From positions 758 through 64,757 of IMG/VR virus record IMGVR_UViG_3300031920_000373: a stretch of 64,000 bases of DNA, one strand, 5' to 3'. The position numbers and the translations under genes were made by a program. This document shows, one piece after another, positions 18,441-28,497 of the stretch. Positions within the stretch are counted from its first letter, which is position 1; the number at the start of each line of letters is the position of its first letter. Under the pieces are notes generated by a model. It ran no database searches and had not been told where the DNA came from. It saw only the letters and a program-made list of their open reading frames with translations. This DNA comes from a virus.

Positions 18441-18874
18441 ACTATAACCATATTAAAAAGTATGGGATAAGTGAAAAAGACCTTGAAGACGTTAACTGGA
18501 CAATTGCTATAATTGAAACATCCAGACGAAAAAATACCCCCTGGACTGGTGATATTATTGAATGTTCCTCTCCTCAAGATGGTATGATCAGATATCCTAA
18601 TGGGCATCTTGACCAACAAATTCATACAGAATTTGCCTCAATATGTGTTCAAGGGGCCACTCCTTTTGTATTTCATAATGGTAGAGAAATTACATCTTTT
18701 TCATGCTCAGGCGGTTATTGGACAAGGGAACAGGAATTAGAAATGTATACGTATCAAGGTCAAAAAGAAAAGATGTTTTGTCAGTGGGGATCATGCGGGA
18801 TGGCCCATAGCGGCGCAATCTATTTCCGGGCTATCGTAAATGTCTGGAGACTTATAAAGGAGGGCATTTACTAA
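18404..18874 (+). CDS. DUF4121-like protein
   Basis: Recalled similarity: SCSGGYW and FCQWGSCGMAHSGAIYFRAIVNVW. Confidence 0.5.
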   Translation: METLESLHANTLNYNHIKKYGISEKDLEDVNWTIAIIETSRRKNTPWTGDIIECSSPQDGMIRYPNGHLDQQIHTEFASICVQGATPFVFHNGREITSFSCSGGYWTREQELEMYTYQGQKEKMFCQWGSCGMAHSGAIYFRAIVNVWRLIKEGIY

Positions 18875-19137
18875 TGGCGGAAAGAATAGGAAAAGGACCT
18901 CCTGCTATTGTTAGAAACATTGAATTTAGTGTGGACGTTCCGACTCTGTTGAATTTGATGGCTACGGGGGAGGAACATGTTAAACACGTCCAAGCTATTC
19001 AGATTTTTTCTGCCCTTCTTGATGCTGTAGCTAAAAAGGCAATAGATATAAATAATCCTGAATTAACTGAATTGATGTTTAAAATGAAACTTTTAAAGGT
19101 CATGAATAATGAAGGGGATAATTTCAGTGACATATAA
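18874..19137 (+). CDS. Hypothetical protein
   Basis: TAATG coupling. Confidence 0.6.
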   Translation: MAERIGKGPPAIVRNIEFSVDVPTLLNLMATGEEHVKHVQAIQIFSALLDAVAKKAIDINNPELTELMFKMKLLKVMNNEGDNFSDI

Positions 19138-19271
19138 AAAGGAATACTTAACTTTGTTAGCTTTAAAGTATAGACCTTGGCAATTTAAATGGTGTAGCCA
19201 AGAATCAGGTTCTGTTGATGTCAGTTGGGTGGAAATTGATGAATGGCTATATAAATACAAGGAGATTTAAA

Positions 19272-19631
19272 ATGCCCACTTTTTGTAATTGCGAAACTTG
19301 TAGGAAATTAAAAAAAGAAATGGAAAAAAGAACGAAAAATCCTTTTTGTTTATACTGTAAGGAAATTCTGGAAGAAACTTCAAACTACTTTCTGGATGTG
19401 GCAGATAATAAATATTCTGTATACCAGAATAAAGATGGATCATTACACGCCTTAAGGCACGGAGTATATTGGCAAGATCTGACAGGGAATAATTTAGTGT
19501 TCAACCTAATGATTGAGTTACTTGAAGCCAAAGAAAAAATTCAAAAAGTTTTAAATGAATTTCCTGATATTGATTGTGATGCAAATGATAAAAATTATCT
19601 TACTCTAATCTTAAAAGGAGAAATAAAATGA
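19272..19631 (+). CDS. Hypothetical protein
   Basis: Start refined after AAGGAG. Confidence 0.6.
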   Translation: MPTFCNCETCRKLKKEMEKRTKNPFCLYCKEILEETSNYFLDVADNKYSVYQNKDGSLHALRHGVYWQDLTGNNLVFNLMIELLEAKEKIQKVLNEFPDIDCDANDKNYLTLILKGEIK

Positions 19632-19870
19632 ATCTTGCATCCTGTAAAAATTGCGGCAATGTAATAGATCTGGATAAGGTTAAATTCATCAATATGGATA
19701 ATCCTGATGATCCTGGAGATGAAAAATTCAGGGACAAAGATGGTTACTTTGATATGGAAATAGATTGCCATTATAATTCTGACTGTGTATGGAACGGCGT
19801 TGGCTGCTATCCTCTTGATACGTGGCAATGTACGATCTGTAAAGAGTTTAATGGAAAGGAGGAAGAATAA
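19628..19870 (+). CDS. Acidic zinc-finger-like protein
   Basis: CKNCG...CTIC. Confidence 0.6.
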   Translation: MNLASCKNCGNVIDLDKVKFINMDNPDDPGDEKFRDKDGYFDMEIDCHYNSDCVWNGVGCYPLDTWQCTICKEFNGKEEE

Positions 19871-19949
19871 TATGAGGGCTTTAAAAGCTGACCAGATTAG
19901 GGGTGTTGCCTCAGAACTCCAAACACTGGGCTATTAAAAGGTGATAAAA

Positions 19950-20303
19950 ATGACCAAAAAAGATGCACAGGAAGGAGTTTTATACCTTCTCTCATTGATG
20001 GAAGATAAAGGATGGGAATCCAGGGTTTGGGAAAATTTAGGGTGGCATTATAGTATCAACAAGGCTGGAATGACTATTTACACCGCACACACTACTCCGG
20101 GTGAAGTTCAAAAATACCATTCACTTTTTACCCGGAGCCAAACACATAAAGGTTATGGGGATGTATTTTGGGAAGATATTAATTCCAACATAAATCCAAA
20201 TAAACTGGTAAAAGAGCAGGTGAGAGTGGTTAAAGAGTACATTGAACAATTCAATAAGGAATGTGAGATTGCGTTAAAAGGGTTAACAAATGAAAATCCT
20301 TAA
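19950..20303 (+). CDS. Hypothetical protein
   Basis: ORF track. Confidence 0.6.
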   Translation: MTKKDAQEGVLYLLSLMEDKGWESRVWENLGWHYSINKAGMTIYTAHTTPGEVQKYHSLFTRSQTHKGYGDVFWEDINSNINPNKLVKEQVRVVKEYIEQFNKECEIALKGLTNENP

Positions 20304-20670
20304 AAGTAAATTCAAAAAGATTATAATCAAAAGGACACAGGAAGGGATTGTAATTAAACCCCAAAATAATACACACAAGACACCTTTGAAGCCGATCAAG
20401 ATTAAAAAGAAACTCGGTCGTTGGTGTGAGTATTATGAAGGTAGACTACCCTATCCCATTGAATGTAGTAACAACAAGTCAATGCCAACCTCATATATGT
20501 TTAAAGGTGAAGAGAAAACTAAGGTAAGGGACAATTCTAACTGTCCTAACTGTAAAAGGGCCCCCTCATTCATTGCATGGAAACGTGGAGTGTGGGATAA
20601 GATAAAAAATGCTATTACAAATGGTGAAGATCTGACTGACATGGATTCTCCTCAAGATGTGAGAATGTGA
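20290..20670 (+). CDS. Hypothetical protein
   Basis: ORF track. Confidence 0.55.
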   Translation: MKILKSKFKKIIIKRTQEGIVIKPQNNTHKTPLKPIKIKKKLGRWCEYYEGRLPYPIECSNNKSMPTSYMFKGEEKTKVRDNSNCPNCKRAPSFIAWKRGVWDKIKNAITNGEDLTDMDSPQDVRM

Positions 20671-20808
20671 TGGACGTTAAACCTTTGTTTATAAAGATTG
20701 TAAAAGGCAATACAAGTTCAGAAGTCCTTGAACGTATTCAGGAAATGAAACATGGGCATGTTTCCGATGGCTGGACACTATGAATTGAATATGGATTAAA
20801 AATAGTTG

Positions 20809-20843
20809 TTGACTTTTATGTAAAATTATGTAATAATGTGTAT
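20809..20843 (+). promoter_or_regulatory. Class I promoter
   Basis: TTGACTTTTATGTAAAATTATGTAATAATGTGTATA. Confidence 0.8.
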
Positions 20844-20868
20844 ATAATAAATTAGACAAGGAGATTAA

Positions 20869-21018
20869 ATGAGAAAGGTAAGAGTTAGTTTTTCGTTTCC
20901 ACAAGAAATGAAAAAAACCTTAGAAAAATTAGCCAAAAAGTCAGGATTCAAGCTTATGGGGTATATTAAGCTGATAATGAATCAGGAAGTAAAAAGGCTA
21001 AAAGGGGAGGGCAAATGA
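20869..21018 (+). CDS. Ribbon-helix-helix DNA-binding protein 1 (49 aa)
   Basis: Manual translation MRKVRVSFSFPQEMKKTLEKLAKKSGFKLMGYIKLIMNQEVKRLKGEGK; AAGGAG SD; alternating beta strand then two helices. Confidence 0.7.
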   Translation: MRKVRVSFSFPQEMKKTLEKLAKKSGFKLMGYIKLIMNQEVKRLKGEGK

Positions 21019-21179
21019 GTTCCGCAAGAATTACAATACCCTATCCCGAAGAGGGTGCCGAACTACTGGTAAAAGAATCCAAAGCCCAGAATAGAACGTT
21101 TTCTGGGTATATGCAAAATGTCATAACCAATTACATCAAAGAGAAGAAGGAGGAAAAAGATGGGTCTGATGTCGAATAG
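21015..21179 (+). CDS. Ribbon-helix-helix DNA-binding protein 2 (54 aa)
   Basis: Manual translation MSSARITIPYPEEGAELLVKESKAQNRTFSGYMQNVITNYIKEKKEEKDGSDVE; ATGA overlap. Confidence 0.65.
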   Translation: MSSARITIPYPEEGAELLVKESKAQNRTFSGYMQNVITNYIKEKKEEKDGSDVE

Positions 21180-21633
21180 AAAAAGGGTTTTAATAAAGGA
21201 AGAAACAAAGAAGACTACCAAAAAACTGCCGATCAAAAAGATTCCGCAGAAAAAAGAAGTATCCGCAGATGACGGCAGGTCCATCCTTCTTGAAGGTGAT
21301 CGGGCTTTATTACTGGCTGAGGCCTGCAAGCTAAACAAGACAAAAAAGGCGGCAGAGAAAAGGCTTAAGGCAATCAAAAAGGAGATGGATCTTACAGTTG
21401 CCTCTGATTATGAGAACAAAGCGGGTGATACTCTTGCTCTAACCTTCTCTGACAAGTTCACCGATGTTGAGCCTGAAAAGCTGTTTAACCTGTTTGTTAA
21501 GAACAGGAAAAAAGCAAAGTTCTGGGGTATTGTAAAAGTGCAGTTAGGTGAACTGGTAAAAATAGTTCCGGAATCATCTATCAAAAAGATGAGGGAAAAA
21601 CTTGATCCCACAGCAAAATGGACATTTAAATAA
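21160..21633 (+). CDS. Hypothetical basic coiled-coil protein
   Basis: AGGAGG SD. Confidence 0.65.
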   Translation: MGLMSNRKRVLIKEETKKTTKKLPIKKIPQKKEVSADDGRSILLEGDRALLLAEACKLNKTKKAAEKRLKAIKKEMDLTVASDYENKAGDTLALTFSDKFTDVEPEKLFNLFVKNRKKAKFWGIVKVQLGELVKIVPESSIKKMREKLDPTAKWTFK

Positions 21634-21833
21634 TGGATTTTATTATAACGGGACTTATTTATTGGATATTCAATATCTTTTGTCCCAAAAATCCTGTGCA
21701 GAAAAATGTCCAGTCACATAAACCAGTAAACGAATGGGGTTATTTCATCTTTAGTGAGGAACGGGGTTGTAATCAATCAGATAATGATCCGTTCCTCAAT
21801 GAAGATTACAACGAAGGGGGGCCTGATTGGTAA
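21633..21833 (+). CDS. Hypothetical protein
   Basis: TAATG coupling. Confidence 0.5.
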   Translation: MDFIITGLIYWIFNIFCPKNPVQKNVQSHKPVNEWGYFIFSEERGCNQSDNDPFLNEDYNEGGPDW

Positions 21834-23200
21834 ATATGAAACCTATAATTACCATAGGGAAGGGAGTCGTGGGTGAAAACTTGCCCACGGCTCTGATTAA
21901 AAAGATCAAGAAGGATCTTACCTTCAAAAATCCTGACTATGAAAATGCCATGAAATTCGGGAAATTTATTTCTGCGGATATGCCCTCCCATCTTCATTTA
22001 TTTGATATTGAGGATGACAATGCATGGGTGCCAAGGGGTTATATTCACTGGTTAATGAAGTGGATGCATAACAAAAAAGTTAAATTCACTTTGAGGGATA
22101 AAACCCTGCTCTTGAAACCACTGAATCTGAAATTTATAGGAAAACTCAGAGACTATCAAGATGTAGCCATGACGCCTCTATCAAGGTATCCTTGTGGAGT
22201 TTTGGAAGCCGCAACAGGATCAGGAAAAACGGTTATAGGCATAAATATGATCGTAAAAAGACAGCAACCTACACTTGTAATTGTTCATAGCAAAGAATTA
22301 ATGTACCAATGGAAGGATCAAATAAAATCTTTTATAGGATTGGAGGCAGGGTTAGTAGGGGACGGTAAATTCAATATACAACCTGTGACTATAGGAATAA
22401 TTAACACAGTCAGAAACAAGGTAGAGCAATTAGAACCTCATTTTGGTCATATAATCTGTGACGAGGTACATAGGATAACCTCAGAGTCATGGGCAGGAAC
22501 TATGCAAGGGTTCAGAGCGAGGTACACACTTGGACTTACTGCTACTCCCTTCAGGGCTGATGGACTCGGAAACGCTATCTTTGCATCTATTGGTCCGCTA
22601 AGATGCACAATAAATAAAAAAGAATTACAAAAAAGAGGAACAGTTCTTACTCCTGATATTTACAGAATAAAATCAAAGTTTAATTATATGTTCCTAAATG
22701 ATTATTCAACTATGATCTCAAGTCTTATTGAAGATACACAAAGAAACAATCTTATAGTCAGAGGAATTGCCGCAGATTTCAATAAGCACAATGAACATAT
22801 ACTGATAGTATCAGACAGACAGAAACATCTTAAAATCATGCAGGAAATGCTTCATAAAAAATATAATATTTTCGGACATATATTAACAGGAAGTGTTGCG
22901 GATAAAAAAAGAAAAACAATAATTGAGGAAGTAAAATCGGGTAAATGTAAAATACTATTTGCAACTACTTCTTTAATTGGTGAAGGGTTTGATCTTGACA
23001 AATTAAATTGTTTGTGTTTAGCTACTCCTATAAAGTACAGTGGCAGATTAATTCAAGCAATTGGGAGGATACTTCGTCCCGATAAAGATAATAAACGAAA
23101 AACTCCAAGAGTTTATGATATTAGGGATGAAAATGTAAGTGTCTTACAATATTCTGGGTATAATCGTGATAGGATTTATAAAAAGGAGTGGAATAGGTGA
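21827..23200 (+). CDS. Superfamily 2 (DExD/H, UvsW/ResIII-like) helicase
   Basis: ATGSGKT, ICDEVH, GLTATP, GEGFDL, QAIGRILR; alternative start at 21836. Confidence 0.92.
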   Translation: MVNMKPIITIGKGVVGENLPTALIKKIKKDLTFKNPDYENAMKFGKFISADMPSHLHLFDIEDDNAWVPRGYIHWLMKWMHNKKVKFTLRDKTLLLKPLNLKFIGKLRDYQDVAMTPLSRYPCGVLEAATGSGKTVIGINMIVKRQQPTLVIVHSKELMYQWKDQIKSFIGLEAGLVGDGKFNIQPVTIGIINTVRNKVEQLEPHFGHIICDEVHRITSESWAGTMQGFRARYTLGLTATPFRADGLGNAIFASIGPLRCTINKKELQKRGTVLTPDIYRIKSKFNYMFLNDYSTMISSLIEDTQRNNLIVRGIAADFNKHNEHILIVSDRQKHLKIMQEMLHKKYNIFGHILTGSVADKKRKTIIEEVKSGKCKILFATTSLIGEGFDLDKLNCLCLATPIKYSGRLIQAIGRILRPDKDNKRKTPRVYDIRDENVSVLQYSGYNRDRIYKKEWNR

Positions 23201-23851
23201 AAAGATTAAATCTAAAAGGAATAAAAAGAGGGAAATTAACTTTTATTGAATTTTCACATATTGAAAATAAAAGTACATATTGGAAATGTCGATGTGATTG
23301 TGGTAATTTTATAACGGTAAAAGGAGCAGGAAAAACAAAATCATGTGGGTGTTTGGCATTAAAAGCAAGAAGTATTAATGGGAAAAATAATGAAAATAAA
23401 CAGTCTCCTATTGATTTCATAAAAACAAGGATAAAAACAAATGATAAAACAGGTTGCTGGGAGTGGGCGGCTTCTCTTTTAGAAGGATATGCACGAATAT
23501 CAGACAAAAGGGGGTCGTAAATCAGAAATAGCATCCAGGTATGTTTATGAACATATAAAAGGGATTGATCCGGGAAATAAATGTGTTTGTCATACTTGTG
23601 ATAATCCCAAATGTGTTAATCCCAATCATTTGTTTTTAGGAACATATCTTGATAATTTTGAAGATATGAAAAATAAAAAAAGATCAGCATGTGGGATAAA
23701 AAATTTCAAAGCCAAATTAACTGAAAAAGAAGTGCTTCAAATTAGAAGATTACATAGGAAATTAAATATAAAAGAATTAATAGACATTTATGAGGTGGAT
23801 GAGTCAACTATCCGGAGAGTAATTAAAAGAGAAACATGGAAACATATATGA
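23197..23851 (+). pseudogene. HNH homing endonuclease split by a +1 frameshift
   Basis: ORF1 has CRCDCG and GCWEW...GY; ORF2 has VCHTCDNPKCVNPNHLFLGT; frames switch at the AAAAGGGGG run near 23507-23515. Confidence 0.75.
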
Positions 23852-24103
23852 TCCACGGGATGATCGTGTTTCCGTTCTTCAATATTCAGGGTATAACAGG
23901 GACAGAATCTATAGGAAAAAAGGATGGTAAATGAGCCTAAATGAAGAGTATCACCTGGAGACGGGATTGCATTCCCATTATTTGGCAAAGGGAGGATCAC
24001 ACAAATACGGAACAAAAGGGTTAATATACACCCGTAAATATGTTTGGTGGTTGGAACTAAAAATTAAAAAACTCAGAAAAGAAAAACAGGATAAAAACAA
24101 TTC

Positions 24104-24140
24104 TTGACTTTTATGTAAAATTATGTAAGAATATGTATAG
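24104..24140 (+). promoter_or_regulatory. Class I promoter
   Basis: TTGACTTTTATGTAAAATTATGTAAGAATATGTATA. Confidence 0.75.
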
Positions 24141-24174
24141 TTAAAAACGCTCACAAATAAACAGGAGGAAGACA

Positions 24175-25698
24175 ATGAGTTTTAAAGAGAGAATGCAGGC
24201 CAGAAAGCAGAAACCAGTAGAAGTGCCTACGGAGTTTAAAGGGCACAAAATGACTGAGGAACAACTATTTGCCATTGAGTGCATTATCAGTGGGTATGAT
24301 ACAAAGGCACAGGCTCCTGCTGGTAGCGGAAAGACTTTCACTCTGGAGGCGGCTGCAAGCCAAAAGAATAGAGAACTGGGCCTTTACCTCGCATTCAACA
24401 AAGCCATTGCTGATGAAGCTGGCAGAAAATTTGGTAACAATACTGATTGCAGGACGGGTCATAGTCTTGCTTTTCGTGGTGTTGGGTACAAATACAAAGA
24501 TCGTCTGGGAAAAATCACAGGGATGATGATAGCCAATAGCGGTAATATGGGTGATCTATCTTCATATCCCACAAAGTCAAATAAAGGATATGTCGTCCTG
24601 GATACAATTCGGAGATTCTGTTATTCAGATGATCCCGAATTTAAATTTCACCATGCTCCCGTCATCAAAGGACCATACTCTGATCTCCAGGTCAAACAGA
24701 TGCGGGAAGAAGTCTACCCTATTGCCGCAAAAGTCTGGGAAAAGATCCGTGATGAGAAAGGAAGTCTTCCTATAACTCATGATCACTATTTGAAAATGTG
24801 GGCCCTGTCAAATCCTCAGATAAGCAAAGGATACATCTTGTTTGATGAGGCGCAGGATGCCAATGCGGTTATTCTTGGAGTTGTTAAACGCCAGAAGAAC
24901 TGCCAGAAAATCTACGTTGGTGATAAATATCAACAAATCTATTCGTGGAGAGGTGCTGTCAATGCAATGGACTCCATTGAAACCAAACATCATGCCTTTA
25001 TCACCCAGTCTTTCAGATTCGGGCAAGGTGTTGCTGATATGGCAAATAAGATTCTGGGATGTTACATGCATCCTTCTGAGGCTCCGCCTGCTATCATTGG
25101 TTTCCAGGAAAAAGAAAGTATTGTTTCACGGAAAGCGATTGATGATCCAGATGTTCTTATCTGCCGGACCAATACAGGCGTGATTACCAATGTATTCAAG
25201 TACCTTGAGGAGGGCAAGGCAGTCTATGTCCAAGGGGGTGTGACTACAATGATGAACATGCTCCGTGGTGCTGATGACTTGATGAACGGGAAAAGAACAT
25301 ATGTTCCTGACCTTACACTATTCAGCAATTGGGCAGAGGTTGTGGAATGCTCTGAAACAGAATCAGGTGCTGATCTCAGAACACTGGTAAGCATGATAAA
25401 GGATCATGGAATACCCAAACTCCTGGAAGCTTTGAACTGCACTCACAAATCGCACTTTGGTGCTGATATAACCATTACTACTGCTCACAAAGCAAAAGGT
25501 CTTGAATGGAGTAGGGTTAAACTGTACAATGATTTCCTGAGTCCATCCACAAATGATGCCGGTGAGGTGGTACCCATGCAACAAGGTGAAATCAATGTCC
25601 TATATGTGGCTGCGACGAGAGCGTTGGATGTTCTTGATATTTCAGCTTGTTCCGCTTGCCGTGACGAGGTTCTTTTCAGTTCAAAAAACTCTTTCTAA
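24175..25698 (+). CDS. Superfamily 1 (UvrD/Rep-like) helicase
   Basis: APAGSGKT, LFDEAQD, VGDKYQQIYSWRG, QSFRFG, TAHKAKGLEW, YVAATRA. Confidence 0.92.
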   Translation: MSFKERMQARKQKPVEVPTEFKGHKMTEEQLFAIECIISGYDTKAQAPAGSGKTFTLEAAASQKNRELGLYLAFNKAIADEAGRKFGNNTDCRTGHSLAFRGVGYKYKDRLGKITGMMIANSGNMGDLSSYPTKSNKGYVVLDTIRRFCYSDDPEFKFHHAPVIKGPYSDLQVKQMREEVYPIAAKVWEKIRDEKGSLPITHDHYLKMWALSNPQISKGYILFDEAQDANAVILGVVKRQKNCQKIYVGDKYQQIYSWRGAVNAMDSIETKHHAFITQSFRFGQGVADMANKILGCYMHPSEAPPAIIGFQEKESIVSRKAIDDPDVLICRTNTGVITNVFKYLEEGKAVYVQGGVTTMMNMLRGADDLMNGKRTYVPDLTLFSNWAEVVECSETESGADLRTLVSMIKDHGIPKLLEALNCTHKSHFGADITITTAHKAKGLEWSRVKLYNDFLSPSTNDAGEVVPMQQGEINVLYVAATRALDVLDISACSACRDEVLFSSKNSF

Positions 25699-25900
25699 GG
25701 AGTATTAAATTGGATTATAAATTTGCCATAGTCAATCATACCACGTTACACATTTCCAAGTTCATGTCACGGGATGAATTATCGGATGCAGTTATTTCCT
25801 TTAAACACAAGGATATTGAATTTACTGCATTAAGGTATTATGAAAATATTAAAAGATGGGTTGCCTTTGACAAATGGGAATAACTGTAACAAACAGCACT

Positions 25901-26047
25901 ATGCCGGGAGGGTACACTCCTATTTGTGAAAAATGTGGAGTGTGCCTTTGCTGGGATATCTCAGAAGAGGAATACCAAGAACGCCCATTATTTTGGGATA
26001 ACTGGACTTGCAAAGAATGTAGGGAGTATCATGAAAATAACAATTAA
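25901..26047 (+). CDS. Small zinc-finger protein (48 aa)
   Basis: Manual translation MPGGYTPICEKCGVCLCWDISEEEYQERPLFWDNWTCKECREYHENNN. Confidence 0.55.
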   Translation: MPGGYTPICEKCGVCLCWDISEEEYQERPLFWDNWTCKECREYHENNN

Positions 26048-26456
26048 TGGACATGTATACACCGAGGCGGAGATTATGACGGTAAAATCAGCTTTAACTA
26101 ATTTTACCAGTGATTTAAATCATGGTGCAATGGGAGAAGATGAACGTGGAGAAGCGATAACCAAAGGGTATATAAGTAATATCAAGAGTTTACTCCAAAA
26201 ACTCCAAACCAAATGTGACAAGGTAGATAGAATCAAGTCACATAAAAATATCACACAATTTCCTGGAGTATTGTTAAAAGAGGATGGGGATCCTAATGTA
26301 ATTATTTCTGGAGTATACGATGAGGTGGATTCAGTAATAATTATGGGAGATGGAAAAGATGGGGAGCCCTACTTTGCTTCATCTATTGCTGACGGTGCTG
26401 AAATCTTGTGGTTATTGAAAAAACTGGAACTCAAATTGTTGACAGATTTCACATGA
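26031..26456 (+). CDS. Hypothetical protein
   Basis: Start refined after AGGGAG. Confidence 0.6.
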   Translation: MKITINGHVYTEAEIMTVKSALTNFTSDLNHGAMGEDERGEAITKGYISNIKSLLQKLQTKCDKVDRIKSHKNITQFPGVLLKEDGDPNVIISGVYDEVDSVIIMGDGKDGEPYFASSIADGAEILWLLKKLELKLLTDFT

Positions 26457-27421
26457 AGATGAAAAGACAAGTCCAACTCCGCAAAGAGAATAAAGGCAAG
26501 GGAAAAGTTCAACTAAATTTCGATGCCATTGATATGCGGGAAGTCCTTTCTCATTGTGGAATAGAGTACGATGAAACAGGAAAAAACGTATCTAATGGAT
26601 GGCTGGGCACACAATGTCCTTTTCCTGGATGTGACGATCATTCAAACCATATGGGTATTTGTCTGACAAGTCCAGTTGTGACTTGTTATAAGTGTGGTGG
26701 AAAAGGAAACTATCTCACCTATCTGGGTGTACAACTTGGTAATTTTGGACAAGCTATTGATATCCTTCAAAAATTCACTCCCAGAGAATTACGCCTGTAC
26801 AAGAAAGAGGAAAATGAGTTCAATGTGGTTCACGTTGATCTGCCTGAGGAAGCTGTAAAAGAAATCCCAAGGGCTCATTATGACTATATCAGAGGACGCG
26901 GATTTGATCCTAAAGAGTTAACCTTAATGTACGACCTATACTTTTGTGAATATGGTGATTGGGCAGATAGAATTATTGCTCCCATTTACAATAGGAACAG
27001 ATTGATCACTTTCACCAGTATTGATATCAATGAGGAGTCTGATTTAAGGTACAAACATCTTAGAAAAGAGGATTCAATAACTCATTGCAAGAATTACCTA
27101 TATGGGCTTGAGCAATGTACTGGCAGGACTATTGTGGTAGTTGAGGGGTATTTTGATAAACTCAGAATAGGCCCTGGGTGTGTTTGTACATTCGGGACCA
27201 AAGTGACTGCTCATCAAAAGAGGTTATTAGTTAAGTTTAGTAAATCCATTATTCTATTCGATGGGGATGAGGCTGGGTGGGTAAATGGCAAGAAGCTTGC
27301 TCATGATATGAGTTCCCATCAAGAGGTGGAACTGATAACACTTGAAGAAGGGATGGATCCCGATAAGTTACCAAAAGAAGATGTTAAGTATTTAAAACAG
27401 TTACTTAGAACGAGGTGGTAG
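26453..27421 (+). CDS. dnaG: DNA primase (zinc-binding domain plus TOPRIM)
   Basis: CPFPGCDDH...CYKCG; VVEGYFD; LFDGDEAG. Confidence 0.85.
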   Translation: MKMKRQVQLRKENKGKGKVQLNFDAIDMREVLSHCGIEYDETGKNVSNGWLGTQCPFPGCDDHSNHMGICLTSPVVTCYKCGGKGNYLTYLGVQLGNFGQAIDILQKFTPRELRLYKKEENEFNVVHVDLPEEAVKEIPRAHYDYIRGRGFDPKELTLMYDLYFCEYGDWADRIIAPIYNRNRLITFTSIDINEESDLRYKHLRKEDSITHCKNYLYGLEQCTGRTIVVVEGYFDKLRIGPGCVCTFGTKVTAHQKRLLVKFSKSIILFDGDEAGWVNGKKLAHDMSSHQEVELITLEEGMDPDKLPKEDVKYLKQLLRTRW

Positions 27422-27508
27422 TATTCGGTATTTGCGAATAGCGAATACAGAGTGCCTTGTAATAAATTCGGTGTGTTAAGTACTCAAAACACATAAAAGG
27501 AGAAAAAA

Positions 27509-27742
27509 ATGTCAACAAAAAGATTAAGGAGAAAGATAAAAAAATCCGCGGTTTCTCAAGCATATACGGAAATGAGTGCCACTAAAAAAGTTATGAGGCA
27601 ACAAGCTCATGGATTCGTGTGTCACGGGTTTATTTCCGAACCTGAGTATAAAAAGGTTATCAAGAGAATCAGTGAATATTATGATCCATTATTAAATGCA
27701 TTCAGGAAAAAAATGGAAAAGGAGAAAGATGGCAGTTCCTAA
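27509..27742 (+). CDS. Hypothetical basic protein
   Basis: AAGGAG SD. Confidence 0.6.
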   Translation: MSTKRLRRKIKKSAVSQAYTEMSATKKVMRQQAHGFVCHGFISEPEYKKVIKRISEYYDPLLNAFRKKMEKEKDGSS

Positions 27743-27953
27743 AAGTATCATAGAAAAGTATCTTCCACAGGATAAGGAATCTCTTATGTACGGAGTCCCT
27801 GTCCCAGAACTGACAAGAGAGGAGCTTGAATCACTGTTGGTGTTTTCAGAAATAAAAGGCAGTAAACAAAGTGAAACCCGAAGATCAAGGAGAAATTACA
27901 ATGAAATGTCCCGCATGTGGTGGAAAGGGCTATCTTATTCCGGACGATCCTGA
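27729..27953 (+). CDS. Hypothetical protein
   Basis: Start refined after AAGGAG. Confidence 0.5.
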   Translation: MAVPKSIIEKYLPQDKESLMYGVPVPELTREELESLLVFSEIKGSKQSETRRSRRNYNEMSRMWWKGLSYSGRS

Positions 27954-28320
27954 TATAGATATCTATAATATCTATATTTGCCCTGTTTGTAGAGGTGATG
28001 AAAAAGAAAAAGTAAAACCTTATGCAAACAGGAGCCGAGACGGCGAAAGAGTAACACATTACAGGAGAAAATATCCAGATTCAGCCTACCATAATATAGT
28101 GACAAAGAAGGCAAAATTCTTTGGACATTTGATGTACTGCATTTTGATTGCGGGGGGTGCTCCAAGTTGTTTCACTTATATGAGGCTGAGAGATAGAACA
28201 ATGGAAGAGATTCTGGACTCACTTCTGCCAAATGGTGTAAATTTTACTGTAACATACGATGGACCAAAAGAAAGTTTATCCAAGTACAGAAAAAGTGTTG
28301 ACAATGACATAAGCCCGTAG
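27901..28320 (+). CDS. Protein with DnaJ-type CxxCxG repeats
   Basis: CPACGGKG...CPVCRG; AAGGAG SD. Confidence 0.6.
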   Translation: MKCPACGGKGYLIPDDPDIDIYNIYICPVCRGDEKEKVKPYANRSRDGERVTHYRRKYPDSAYHNIVTKKAKFFGHLMYCILIAGGAPSCFTYMRLRDRTMEEILDSLLPNGVNFTVTYDGPKESLSKYRKSVDNDISP

Positions 28321-28326
28321 TATAGT
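28297..28326 (+). promoter_or_regulatory. sigma70 promoter for the replication operon
   Basis: TTGACA-N17-TATAGT. Confidence 0.7.
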
Positions 28327-28331
28327 TGAAT

Positions 28332-28497
28332 TTCATTGATTATAAATGCTGTTCAGCGTGGTTGCTTTACAGAGCTATTAATGAATCGGGTAAAGATTGA
28401 AAGGGAGTAAAAAGACTCTTTTTAAAAAAAAATGGTCTTGATTGCCCATTGAATGTTACCAGCATTCGCCCTTTCAAGATCGGGATCATTTTTTTTT
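28332..28497 (+). promoter_or_regulatory. Structured 5' leader with alternative terminator and antiterminator pairings
   Basis: Stems TTCATTGAT/ATTAATGAA and GGGTAA/TTGCCC; terminator-like A8-TGGTCTTGAT/ATCGGGATCA-T9 ending just before the SD. Confidence 0.45.

Noticed and set aside
27421-27448. Hairpin GTATTCG-G-TATT-TGCG-AATA-G-CGAATAC after the primase as a new RNA element
   Set aside because: Single copy, no U-tract and no similarity to the repeated motif; too weak to call
28387-28420. c-di-GMP-I (GEMM) riboswitch
   Set aside because: GGGUAAA...GAAA is superficially similar, but the GAAA is not closed by a stem and the second GCAAA/receptor arm is missing
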